A stretch of 64,000 nucleotides of DNA. Origin: Pseudomonas sp. GTDB taxonomy: Bacteria; Pseudomonadota; Gammaproteobacteria; Pseudomonadales; Pseudomonadaceae. Where the stretch lies: assembly GCF_030690725.1 (NCBI RefSeq), contig NZ_JAUYGD010000004.1, positions 117,327 through 181,326 on the forward strand. Direction: 5' to 3'. The notes below the pieces were generated by a model. That model worked only from the letters and a program-made list of their open reading frames with translations. It did no database searches and was not told the DNA's origin. A program made the translations under genes and the position numbers. This document shows positions 50,699-60,370 of the stretch, one piece after another; the stretch's first letter is position 1, and each line of letters begins with the position of its first letter.

Positions 50699-51714
50699 GC
50701 GCCACCCGCATGCCGCCTCCGCAGCCCGCGCAGCGCGTCGGTGCTGCACCGAAGAAATCCGAATCGCCAACGCCGGGCGATGATGGTCCAAGCTTTACCC
50801 ACCAGTTGCACGCCTGGCTGGAAAATCACCGCGCCAGCCTGGTCGACAGCCTGCGCCGTCTGGCTAAACAGCCGATTGGCAGCTTCTTTACCTGCCTGGT
50901 GATGGCCGTGGCCCTCAGCCTGCCCATGGGCCTGGCGCTGCTGCTGGATAACGTCGAGCGTCTGGGCGTGTCCTGGCAGCGCGCGGCGCAGATTTCCCTG
51001 TTTCTGCAGATCGACGCCACGGATGCTCAGGGCCAGGCGCTGCGTGAGCAGATCGCCGAGATGGACGATGTGGAAGAGGCTGAGTGGATCAGCCGCGAAC
51101 AGGCCTTGGCCGAGTTCCAGCAGCAGTCCGGCCTCGGCGAAGCGCTTAAGGAACTGCCGGACAACCCGTTGCCTGGAGTGATCGTGGTCACCCCGCAGCA
51201 AGTCGATAAAGTCGCCCTTGAGGCCTTGCGCTTGCGTCTGGCCGAGTTGCCGCGGGTGCAGCAGGCGCAGCTGGATCTGCTCTGGGTCGAGCGTCTGAGC
51301 GCCATGCTCAAGCTGGGTGAGCGCTTCGTCTTCGGCCTGACCCTGCTGCTGGTGATGGCGTTGCTGTTGGTGATCGGCAATACCATTCGTCTGCATATCG
51401 AGAACCGCCGCACCGAGATCGAAGTGATCAAGCTGGTCGGCGGCACCGACAGCTATGTGCGGCGGCCCTTCCTCTATATGGGCACGCTGTACGGCTTGGG
51501 CGCCGGCCTGCTGGCTTGGCTGCTGCTGGCTTACGGCTTGGGTTGGCTGAATGACGCCGTGGTGCGCCTGGCCGGCTTGTACGGCAGCGACTTCGCCTTG
51601 GCGGGCGTGCCGATAGCCGATGGTCTATCCCTGCTGCTCGGCGCGGTACTGTTGGGCTATATTGGCGCCTGGCTGGCGGTCGCACGGCACTTGAGCGAAC
51701 TGGCCCCTAGATAG
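50695..51714 (+). CDS. ftsX: Cell division permease FtsX
   Basis: ALSLP, DNPLP, IGNTIRL, KLVGGT; 4 TM. Confidence 0.96.
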   Translation: MSATRMPPPQPAQRVGAAPKKSESPTPGDDGPSFTHQLHAWLENHRASLVDSLRRLAKQPIGSFFTCLVMAVALSLPMGLALLLDNVERLGVSWQRAAQISLFLQIDATDAQGQALREQIAEMDDVEEAEWISREQALAEFQQQSGLGEALKELPDNPLPGVIVVTPQQVDKVALEALRLRLAELPRVQQAQLDLLWVERLSAMLKLGERFVFGLTLLLVMALLLVIGNTIRLHIENRRTEIEVIKLVGGTDSYVRRPFLYMGTLYGLGAGLLAWLLLAYGLGWLNDAVVRLAGLYGSDFALAGVPIADGLSLLLGAVLLGYIGAWLAVARHLSELAPR

Positions 51715-51752
51715 TAAGTTATTGTTTTGCTTGATATTGACTATGTGTAAGG

Positions 51753-51779
51753 GAACTTGTACCCCGGTATAAAGTCCCA
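51753..51779 (+). promoter_or_regulatory. AlgU/RpoE-type promoter of rpoH
   Basis: GAACTT-N16-TCCCA; sigmaE control of rpoH is established in pseudomonads. Confidence 0.75.
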
Positions 51780-51826
51780 TGGAGCAGTGCTAGACTGCTC
51801 CACGATTCGTAAGTCGGAGGATTCAA

Positions 51827-52681
<855 letters not shown>

Positions 52682-52697
52682 ATCGCGCTACTGTCAG

Positions 52698-52723
52698 AAG
52701 CCGCACCCAGGTGCGGCTTTTTT
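52698..52723 (+). terminator. Intrinsic terminator after rpoH
   Basis: AAGCCGCAC-CCAG-GTGCGGCTT then T run. Confidence 0.88.
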
Positions 52724-52741
52724 CTGCCTAAGGAAAAGCCC

Positions 52742-53353
52742 GTGAAATTACCGCCCATACGCCCGCAGCACTGGCTGATCTTTGCCGTGGTCGCCGCCTT
52801 GTTCTTTGCCTGGGGGGCGTGGTTGATGCGCCCGCAGCCGGCTGCGCAGCCTCTGCCCTGGCTGGCGCAATGGCAAACCAAGGTGCTCACGCCTCTGGCC
52901 GATGATCGCTTGAGTCTGGTGCATCTGCATGACGCTCTGGATGGCGAGCTATGGCTGCAGCCTAATCTGGAAGGCGCACGCCTGCTGTATCGCGGCGACT
53001 TGCAGGATGCTGATGGCAATTGGTCGTTGGAGGCGGAAGTCGGTCTGGATAAGGCCGAGCGCGAGAGCCTGCTGGCCGCCGCTGGGCTAAAGCCGACGGA
53101 CAAGGAGCAGCCGCTGGGCAGCCAGTTGCTGGTGCCATTGGCCAATCGCCCGATTATTGCGCTGACCTTGCTACCACCGGCGCCGCTTGATGTTGCGCGA
53201 CTGGCCGCGAGCATCGGTCAACCGCGTCTGACCTTGGAGCTGGCCGAGGGGCAGGCCTGGGTCTATCCCGAGCTGGGCATGACCGCGCACCTGCAGGATG
53301 AAGAGCTGTACTTCCTTTATGCCGTGCCGCGGCATCTGCTTAAACAGCGCTGA
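52742..53353 (+). CDS. Hypothetical membrane-anchored protein (PA0377-like)
   Basis: GTG start, N-terminal TM, WVYPELG motif; syntenic position. Confidence 0.7.
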   Translation: MKLPPIRPQHWLIFAVVAALFFAWGAWLMRPQPAAQPLPWLAQWQTKVLTPLADDRLSLVHLHDALDGELWLQPNLEGARLLYRGDLQDADGNWSLEAEVGLDKAERESLLAAAGLKPTDKEQPLGSQLLVPLANRPIIALTLLPPAPLDVARLAASIGQPRLTLELAEGQAWVYPELGMTAHLQDEELYFLYAVPRHLLKQR

Positions 53354-53354
53354 A

Positions 53355-54092
53355 CTAAACGCCTTTTAACCAGCTCGGCCACCATTCGGGGCGGCTGGGT
53401 TGCAGGCGGTTGAGGTAGTGACTGCCGCCCAGTTGCAACATCTGCTGGCGAATCCAGTTGGCCCGCCGGCTGATGCGCGCGCTCGGACGGCTGGCGCTCC
53501 ACTCGCGCGGGTTAGGCAGTACGGCGGCCAGCAGACTGCTCTGCTGACGTGACAGGTAGGGCGCGCCGACCTTGAAGTGATGCCGCGCCGCCGCTTCGGC
53601 GCCGAACACGCCGTCGCCCCACTCGACGCTGTTGAGGTACACCTCAAGAATCCGCTGCTTGGACCAGAGCAGTTCGATTAGGCCGGTGAACCACACTTCC
53701 ATGCCTTTACGCAGCCAGCTGCGCCCAGACCAGAGAAACAGATTCTTCGCCACTTGCTGGCTGAGGGTGCTGGCGCCGCGTAGCGAGCCGCCTTGCTGAT
53801 TGTGCTCCAGGGCTGCCTGGATGGCCGCGACATCAAAGCCCCAGTGTTCGGCGAACTTCTGATCCTCGGCGGCAATTACCGCCATCTTCAGATCGTCAGG
53901 CAGTTCACTCCAGGGCCGCCAGCTGCGCTGCAGGTTGATGGGTTGATCGTTAAGCCAGGATTCGACCTTGCGCTCGACCATCAGCGCCGTGCCGGGTGGC
54001 GGCACCCAACGAAACAGTAACACCAGCAATACCGAGCCGAGGATCAGCCAGAGCAGGAGCTTGAGCAGGCGACGGGCGATGGATCGAAACAT
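53355..54092 (-). CDS. mtgA: Monofunctional peptidoglycan transglycosylase
   Basis: AEDQKFAEH, RGASTLSQQVAKNL, RKGME, EVYLN. Confidence 0.96.
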   Translation of the reverse strand: MFRSIARRLLKLLLWLILGSVLLVLLFRWVPPPGTALMVERKVESWLNDQPINLQRSWRPWSELPDDLKMAVIAAEDQKFAEHWGFDVAAIQAALEHNQQGGSLRGASTLSQQVAKNLFLWSGRSWLRKGMEVWFTGLIELLWSKQRILEVYLNSVEWGDGVFGAEAAARHHFKVGAPYLSRQQSSLLAAVLPNPREWSASRPSARISRRANWIRQQMLQLGGSHYLNRLQPSRPEWWPSWLKGV

Positions 54093-54159
54093 GCGTGCTT
54101 GGCCGGGATGATTTTGCCGGCCATTATAGCCAGCCCTGTCTTTATAGCTGGAGTGATGC

Positions 54160-54546
54160 ATGGCTCGTCTGTGGTTATTGCTGTCTGCCTGCGCCGGTTT
54201 TACCGGTGTCGCCCTGGGTGCCTTTGCCGCGCATGGCCTGAAGAGTCAGCTGACACCGGCTTATCTCGCGGTATTCCAGACCGGCACCCACTACCAGCTG
54301 ATTCACGCGCTGGCGCTGTTCGGCGTTGGCCTGTTAGCCGTGCTGCGACCGGCACCGTTGGTCAATTGTGCGGGCGCGCTGTTTGCCCTGGGTATAGTGC
54401 TGTTCTCCGGTAGCCTGTATGCGCTGACCTTGAGCGGTATCAGTGCCTTGGGCATGGTCACCCCCTTCGGTGGTCTGGCGTTTCTCGCGGGCTGGTTGTG
54501 CCTGGGCATGGCGGCCTGGAAGCTCGGCGCGCGCAACACCGCCTGA
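54160..54546 (+). CDS. DUF423 family membrane protein
   Basis: GAFAAHGL, YQLIHA, FSGSLY, TPFGG. Confidence 0.92.
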   Translation: MARLWLLLSACAGFTGVALGAFAAHGLKSQLTPAYLAVFQTGTHYQLIHALALFGVGLLAVLRPAPLVNCAGALFALGIVLFSGSLYALTLSGISALGMVTPFGGLAFLAGWLCLGMAAWKLGARNTA

Positions 54547-54648
54547 CCCGTAAGTCAGAAAGCAGGACGAGCGGCAGCCTTCAGCCTTGGTCAACGCCCA
54601 TGATCAGGCTAGAATGCCGGCCCTTTTCCCAGTTGTGACCGACCCGTC

Positions 54649-54849
54649 ATGCATATTCAGTTAAACGGTGAAACATTCGAATTGCCCGACGGCGCCACCG
54701 TCGCCGGGTTGATCGACCGTCTGGATCTGGCCGGACGCCGCGTGGCGGTTGAGCTCAATCTGGATATCGTGCCGCGGAGCCAGCACGCCACCACCGCCTT
54801 GCGCGAGGGTGACCAGGTGGAAGTGGTACATGCGATTGGTGGCGGTTGA
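54649..54849 (+). CDS. thiS: Sulfur carrier protein ThiS
   Basis: IQLNGE, AVELN, C-terminal GGG. Confidence 0.97.
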   Translation: MHIQLNGETFELPDGATVAGLIDRLDLAGRRVAVELNLDIVPRSQHATTALREGDQVEVVHAIGGG

Positions 54850-54897
54850 AACCAGTGTTAGCCCGCTGACTGCTCGAACACTTTACGAGGATTACCC

Positions 54898-55692
54898 ATG
54901 AGCCACGTTCCCAGCGACAAGCCTTTTACCCTGGCCGGCCGTACTTACCAGTCGCGTCTGTTGGTCGGTACCGGCAAGTACAAGGATCTTGAGGAAACCC
55001 GCCTGGCCATCGAGGCTTCGGGTGCCGAGATCGTCACCGTGGCGGTGCGCCGGACCAATATCGGGCAGAACCCGGGCGAGCCGAACCTGCTGGATGTGAT
55101 TTCGCCGGACAAGTACACCATCCTGCCGAACACCGCTGGTTGCTACGACGCCGTTGAGGCGGTGCGCACCTGTCGCCTGGCCCGTGAGCTGCTCGACGGT
55201 CACAAGCTGGTCAAGCTGGAAGTGCTGGCCGATCAGAAGACCCTGTTCCCCAATGTGATCGAAACCCTCAAGGCCGCCGAAGTGCTGGTCAAGGACGGCT
55301 TCGACGTGATGGTGTACACCAGCGATGACCCGATCATTGCCCGCGAACTGGCGGCCATGGGTTGCATCGCGGTGATGCCGCTGGCCGGTCTGATCGGTAC
55401 TGGCCTGGGCATCTGCAATCCGTACAACCTGCGCATCATCCTCGAAGAGGCTACCGTTCCGGTATTGGTCGATGCCGGCGTCGGCACCGCGTCCGATGCC
55501 ACCATTGCCATGGAGCTGGGCTGTGAGGCGGTGCTGATGAACAGCGCGATTGCCCATGCGCAGAACCCGATTCTGATGGGCGAGGCGATGAAGCACGCGA
55601 TCATCGCCGGACGCATGGCCTACCTGGCCGGGCGCATGCCGAAAAAACTCTATGCCAGCGCTTCTTCGCCGCTGGATGGCCTAATCAAGTAA
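54898..55692 (+). CDS. thiG: Thiazole synthase
   Basis: [27 protein letters not shown]. Confidence 0.99.
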   Translation: MSHVPSDKPFTLAGRTYQSRLLVGTGKYKDLEETRLAIEASGAEIVTVAVRRTNIGQNPGEPNLLDVISPDKYTILPNTAGCYDAVEAVRTCRLARELLDGHKLVKLEVLADQKTLFPNVIETLKAAEVLVKDGFDVMVYTSDDPIIARELAAMGCIAVMPLAGLIGTGLGICNPYNLRIILEEATVPVLVDAGVGTASDATIAMELGCEAVLMNSAIAHAQNPILMGEAMKHAIIAGRMAYLAGRMPKKLYASASSPLDGLIK

Positions 55693-55696
55693 GGAC

Positions 55697-55817
55697 TACG
55701 ATTTGCTGCGCGTCGGCCCTGCTGCGTTAGAAACAGGCTCGGAATGCTCATGTACAAAAGTACACTCCGCTTCCTCTCCTGTTTCTGCCTTGCATAGCTC
55801 TAGCTCGCGAAATCGTA
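55697..55817 (-). repeat. Structured intergenic repeat, copy 4
   Basis: Reverse complement nearly matches copy 1 across the core; perfect terminal IR TACGATTT/AAATCGTA. Confidence 0.88.
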
Positions 55818-55838
55818 AAAGCACTTTAAGAGCACAGC

Positions 55839-56558
55839 ATGACTGATTTGCCACAACAGCCTGAACCGGCTGAGGACACCTCCAAGCACCGCGCGATCAA
55901 GAGTTTCGTGATGCGTGCCGGGCGCATGACAGAAGGTCAGCAACGCGGCCTCGATCAGGGCTGGCCGAAGTTCGGCTTGCAACTGGAGGACGGCCTGCGT
56001 GATTTTGATCAGGTGTTCGGCCGCAGCGCGCCGCGCACCTTCGAAATCGGCTTCGGCATGGGCCATTCCACCCTGGAAATGGCCGCCGCATCGCCCGAGC
56101 AGGACTTTATCGGCGTGGAAGTACACCGTCCGGGTGTCGGCGCGCTGCTTAACGGCCTGATGACGCAGAACCTCAACAATATGCGCGTCTACAGCTGCGA
56201 TGCGCTGGACGTACTGCGCAACTGTGTGGCCGACGCCAGCCTGGATCGGCTGCTGCTATTCTTCCCAGACCCGTGGCATAAGGCCAAGCACAACAAGCGG
56301 CGTATCGTGCAGCCGGCGTTTGCCGAGCTGGTGCGGCAGAAGCTCAAGGTTGGCGGTGTACTGCACATGGCCACCGATTGGCAGCCTTATGCCGAGTACA
56401 TGCTGGAAGTAATGAATGTTGCGCCCGGTTACCAGAATCAGGCCGAGGACGGCCAGTATGTGCCGCGCCCGACGGAGCGCCCTACCACCAAGTTCGAGCG
56501 CCGCGGCGAGCGTCTGGGGCATGGCGTATGGGACCTGAAGTTCCAGCGCATCGACTGA
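55839..56558 (+). CDS. trmB: tRNA (guanine-N7)-methyltransferase
   Basis: [27 protein letters not shown]. Confidence 0.98.
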   Translation: MTDLPQQPEPAEDTSKHRAIKSFVMRAGRMTEGQQRGLDQGWPKFGLQLEDGLRDFDQVFGRSAPRTFEIGFGMGHSTLEMAAASPEQDFIGVEVHRPGVGALLNGLMTQNLNNMRVYSCDALDVLRNCVADASLDRLLLFFPDPWHKAKHNKRRIVQPAFAELVRQKLKVGGVLHMATDWQPYAEYMLEVMNVAPGYQNQAEDGQYVPRPTERPTTKFERRGERLGHGVWDLKFQRID

Positions 56559-56741
56559 TTGATTCACGCGCTGAGGTATCGGCGCAGCAAGACCATAAGC
56601 ACAGGGACGATTGCACAAGATCGGAATAATCCGACGCCCGCCAGGACGGCTCCTCACCAAGACGGCACATAAACCCGGGCAGCACTGCCCCGGTCATAAA
56701 AACAGCAGCCCTGCCTCAGGCCAGGCTGCGAGGAGATCGCT

Positions 56742-58085
56742 GTGTTGAGAACGCTTTCAATTCTGCTGCTGGCTACGTGCGCGTTACAGGCACAGGCCAA
56801 AGTCGACAGTACCCAGGCTGCACGTCTGGGCCAAGACCTGACCCCGCTGGGCGGTGAGCGCGCGGGCAATGCCGCCGGCACCATCCCGGCCTGGGACGGT
56901 GGCCTGGCGCAACCGCCGGCCAACTACCAGCCGGGCATGCATCACCCTGACCCCTACAGTGCCGACGCGCCGCTGTATCAGGTCAATAACCAGAACCTGG
57001 CGCAGTACCAGGCTCAGCTGCCGGCGGGCCTCAAGGCATTGCTGGAGAAGAACCCGGATTACTTCCTACGGGTATTCCCGACCCGTCGCAGCGCCGCCGC
57101 GCCGCAGCGTATCTATGACGCCACGCGCTTCAATGCGCAGACTGCCGAGCTGATTTCCGGCGGTAATGGTGTCGACGGTGCCGCCGCCGGTATTCCCTTC
57201 CCGCTGCCGAAAACCGGCCAGGAAGTTATCTGGAACCACATCATGCGTTACCGCGGTGACCAGATCAGCTTTGTCACCAACCAGGCGGCGGTACTGAGCA
57301 ACGGCGCCTACAACCTGCTCAAGCTGGAGCGCGACATCTACTTCCTCTACGGTCGCGAAGGCGTCAGCCCGCAGGATCTGGACAACACCCTGTTCTACTA
57401 CAAGTACAAGGTGGTCGCGCCGGCCAAGCTCGCCGGTTCGGCGCTGGTGGTGCAGGAAACCCTCGACCAGGTACTGGCGATCCGCAAGGCCTGGCGCTTC
57501 AACCGTGGCGAGCGCCGCGTGCGCCGCTTGCCGATGCTGGCCTACGACACCCTGCAGCCGGACAGCAACGGCATGGCTACTGCCGATCAGGTTGACTCCT
57601 ACAATGGTGCGCCGGATCGTTACGACTGGCAGTTGGTCGGCAAGCAGGAAATGCTGGTGCCCTACAACAGCTACGCCGTGCACCAGAAGGGCATCCCCTA
57701 CGACAACATCCTGCGCAGCAACACCGTCAACCCGGATCTGTTGCGTTACGAACTGCACCGTGTGTGGGTGGTCGAGGCCGAGCTGCGCAAAGGCTTTAGT
57801 CATCCGTATGCCAAGCGGCGCTTCTATATCGATGAAGACAGCTGGCAGATCCTCGCCGCCGATCTTTACGACAAGAGTGGCGAGCTGAGCGGCGTGCAGG
57901 AAAGTCACCCGATCAGTTACTACGACGTACCGATGTTCGGCAGCACCCTGGAAACCATCTACGACTTCAAAGGCAAGCGCTACTTTGTCGACGGCCTGGA
58001 TAACAACGAGCCGATGTACAACTTCAACGCCAAGCTGGGCCCGCGAGATTTCACCCCGCAGGCGCTGCGCCGCGAAGGCAACTGA
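56742..58085 (+). CDS. DUF1329 domain periplasmic protein
   Basis: Signal peptide; LTPLGGERAGNAAGTIPAWDGG, RRVRR, WVVEA, IDEDSW. Confidence 0.9.
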   Translation: MLRTLSILLLATCALQAQAKVDSTQAARLGQDLTPLGGERAGNAAGTIPAWDGGLAQPPANYQPGMHHPDPYSADAPLYQVNNQNLAQYQAQLPAGLKALLEKNPDYFLRVFPTRRSAAAPQRIYDATRFNAQTAELISGGNGVDGAAAGIPFPLPKTGQEVIWNHIMRYRGDQISFVTNQAAVLSNGAYNLLKLERDIYFLYGREGVSPQDLDNTLFYYKYKVVAPAKLAGSALVVQETLDQVLAIRKAWRFNRGERRVRRLPMLAYDTLQPDSNGMATADQVDSYNGAPDRYDWQLVGKQEMLVPYNSYAVHQKGIPYDNILRSNTVNPDLLRYELHRVWVVEAELRKGFSHPYAKRRFYIDEDSWQILAADLYDKSGELSGVQESHPISYYDVPMFGSTLETIYDFKGKRYFVDGLDNNEPMYNFNAKLGPRDFTPQALRREGN

Positions 58086-58100
58086 GCCTCGGTAGCACTG

Positions 58101-58131
58101 AAAAAACCGCCTCTTCGCAGGCGGTTTTTTT
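58101..58131 (+). terminator. Intrinsic terminator
   Basis: AAAAAACCGCCT-N7-AGGCGGTTTTTTT. Confidence 0.9.
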
Positions 58132-58187
58132 ATGGCTGGAGATCCACAAGGGCTGTTCTGTGGGCAGCGCTTTGCCTGCGTCGGGCG

Positions 58188-58229
58188 TTGATACAGGACA
58201 AGTATGCAGGGTTGTCATCCAGCTACAGT
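58188..58229 (+). promoter_or_regulatory. Candidate Anr/Dnr class II promoter
   Basis: TTGAT-N4-GACAA (2 mismatches to TTGAT-N4-ATCAA) centred ~30 bp upstream of a TACAGT -10. Confidence 0.5.
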
Positions 58230-58265
58230 CAGGGCTCTGTGCTAGCGCATACAAGGAGCCTGACC

Positions 58266-59345
58266 ATGAGCATGATGAAAGCGGCAGTATTTATCGAGCC
58301 TGGGCGCATCGAACTGGTGGACAAGCCCATTCCGCCAGTGGGGCCCAATGATGCGCTGGTGCGGATCACCACCACGACCATCTGCGGCACCGATGTGCAT
58401 ATCCTCAAGGGTGAGTATCCGGTAGCCAAGGGGCTGACCATCGGCCATGAACCGGTCGGCATCATCGAGAAACTGGGCAGCAACGTGCAGGGTTACCACG
58501 AAGGGCAGCGGGTGATTGCCGGGGCCATCTGCCCAAGCTTCAGTTCTTACGCCAGCCAGGACGGTTATTCCTCCCAGGATGGCGGTTGCAGCTGTCATGG
58601 CTACAAACCCATGGGAGGCTGGCGCTTCGGCAACAGCATCGACGGCACCCAGGCCGAATATGTGCTGGTGCCCGATGCTCAGGGCAACCTGGCCCCGGTG
58701 CCGGATGGCCTGACTGATGAGCAGGTGCTGATGTGCCCGGACATCATGTCCACCGGGTTTGCCGGCGCGGAAGCGGCCAAGATCAAGATCGGCGATGTGG
58801 TGGCGATCTTCGCGCAAGGGCCGATTGGCTTGTGCGCCACGGCCGGCGCCAAGCTGCGCGGTGCGAGCACCATCATTGTGGTCGATGGTGTCGAGCAGCG
58901 CCTGCAGATCGCCCGCAAGATGGGAGCCGACGTCACCCTCAACTTCAATCAGGTGGATGTGGTCGAGGAGATTCTGCGCCTGACCGGTGGCCGCGGTGTG
59001 GATGCGGCCATCGAGGCGCTGGGCCTGCAGTCCACCTTCGAAAGCGCACTGCGGGTACTCAAGCCTGGCGGCACGCTGTCCAGTCTTGGAGTGTATTCGA
59101 CGGATCTGGTAATCCCGCTGGGTGCTTTCCATGCCGGCTTGGGCGACCACAAGATCGTCACCTCGCTGTGTCCAGGCGGCAAGGAGCGCATGCGTCGGCT
59201 GATCAATGTGGTGGCTTCCGGGAGAGTCGACTTCGGCGCGCTGGTGACCCACCAGTATTCGCTGGATGACATCGTCGCAGCCTATGATCTATTTGCGAAT
59301 CAGCGCGACGGTGTGCTCAAGGTGGCGATCAAACCGTTCCAATAG
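58266..59345 (+). CDS. Zn-dependent NAD(P)-alcohol dehydrogenase (MDR family)
   Basis: ICGTDVH, GHEPVG, DGTQAEY, AQGPIGL. Confidence 0.9.
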   Translation: MSMMKAAVFIEPGRIELVDKPIPPVGPNDALVRITTTTICGTDVHILKGEYPVAKGLTIGHEPVGIIEKLGSNVQGYHEGQRVIAGAICPSFSSYASQDGYSSQDGGCSCHGYKPMGGWRFGNSIDGTQAEYVLVPDAQGNLAPVPDGLTDEQVLMCPDIMSTGFAGAEAAKIKIGDVVAIFAQGPIGLCATAGAKLRGASTIIVVDGVEQRLQIARKMGADVTLNFNQVDVVEEILRLTGGRGVDAAIEALGLQSTFESALRVLKPGGTLSSLGVYSTDLVIPLGAFHAGLGDHKIVTSLCPGGKERMRRLINVVASGRVDFGALVTHQYSLDDIVAAYDLFANQRDGVLKVAIKPFQ

Positions 59346-59375
59346 ATTTTTAGTGGAAGATGCCAGGGAGGTGTT

Positions 59376-59777
59376 ATGCGACGACTAAAACGCTATCTGC
59401 TGCTGGGGGTTGCACTGCTGGTCGGTTGCAGCACCCAGGGCGAGCGCAGCATTCAGGAGGTGGCCGGCAGTTGGTCGATCCGCCAATTCAATCAAAGCAG
59501 TTTTGCCTTGGGCAAGAGCAGCCATTACCGGGTCTATCACCGTGGTCAGCTGGTGCGCCTGACGCCGCCGCTGGTGCAGCGCGAAACCAGCGAGCTGCTG
59601 GCGGTCGGCCACTTCAATGCTGGGGTGTTTCCCTATCCGGACCTGATCGTCCTGGTGCATGACCGCTTTACCAATGCGCAAGGCTATGGCGATGCCAAGC
59701 TGCGGGCGTTTCAGCTGATCTCCAAGCAGGATCGGTTCGAGATCGTGCCGATCGAGATATCAGCGGCGGGTTTTTAG
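59376..59777 (+). CDS. Uncharacterised lipoprotein
   Basis: Basic N-terminus, hydrophobic core, lipobox LVGC; GGAGG RBS. Confidence 0.7.
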   Translation: MRRLKRYLLLGVALLVGCSTQGERSIQEVAGSWSIRQFNQSSFALGKSSHYRVYHRGQLVRLTPPLVQRETSELLAVGHFNAGVFPYPDLIVLVHDRFTNAQGYGDAKLRAFQLISKQDRFEIVPIEISAAGF

Positions 59778-60304
59778 TTGCGGCTGCTGGCCTGACTAAG
59801 CAACCCGGTCGCGATGGGGTTGGCTGCAGGTGTAAGTGGCTGGCTGGGTTTGTCCGGGAAATGCAGGCTCTCGCGGCGACCCTGACGGAGCAGGGTGACA
59901 TGCTGGCGCTGTACGCTCTCCAGAGTGACGCCTGGGGCGATGGTGGCACCGACCATAAAGCGCGCCGGGGGCAGGCCGGCCTGGCCAATAATGGCGCTGG
60001 AGCGGCTGCTTTGTGGATGGTTGAAGGCGGCCATCAAGGTCAGTTGCAAGGAGGTAGCCGGAGCCGGGCCGCCGCTGTCGAGTAGAGGGAGGCCGAACAG
60101 TCCCGCCAGTTGCTGCTGATCGATAACCGGCTGCACGGGGGCGTGCTGCACGGGCGCCAGGTTGATTGGGCTGTGCAGTAAGCGCCAGAACGCCGCGCCC
60201 TGATAGGCCAGGCTGAGGCTGCCAGCGAGCAGAAGCAGCAGGCACAGGCCCGTGATCAGATGCTCCGAGGCGACGGGCTGGGCTGGTTTATTGGGCTGCA
60301 GCAT
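59774..60304 (-). CDS. gspC: Type II secretion GspC/XcpP-like protein (short, HR domain only)
   Basis: N-terminal TM; LAGLFG, PATSLQLTL, SSAII, GVTLESV...VTLLRQGRRESLHFP. Confidence 0.8.
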   Translation of the reverse strand: MLQPNKPAQPVASEHLITGLCLLLLLAGSLSLAYQGAAFWRLLHSPINLAPVQHAPVQPVIDQQQLAGLFGLPLLDSGGPAPATSLQLTLMAAFNHPQSSRSSAIIGQAGLPPARFMVGATIAPGVTLESVQRQHVTLLRQGRRESLHFPDKPSQPLTPAANPIATGLLSQASSRN

Positions 60305-60316
60305 AAAAAATCCTTA

Positions 60317-60354
60317 ATGAAAAAGCCCATGACTGCTAAGGCAGCCATGGGCTT
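60317..60354 (-). terminator. Intrinsic terminator after the protease gene
   Basis: AAGCCCATGGCTGC-loop-GCAGTCATGGGCTT followed by TTT on the minus strand. Confidence 0.8.
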
Positions 60355-60370
60355 GGGTACTACTGGGTGT

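Noticed and set aside
54547-54648. Expected TPP riboswitch before thiS-thiG
   Set aside because: No CTGAGA/ACCC/GATAAT core; only a plain TAGAAT -10.
56600-56741. Rsm-type sRNA in the trmB-DUF1329 spacer
   Set aside because: Too few GGA motifs in hairpin loops and no terminator.
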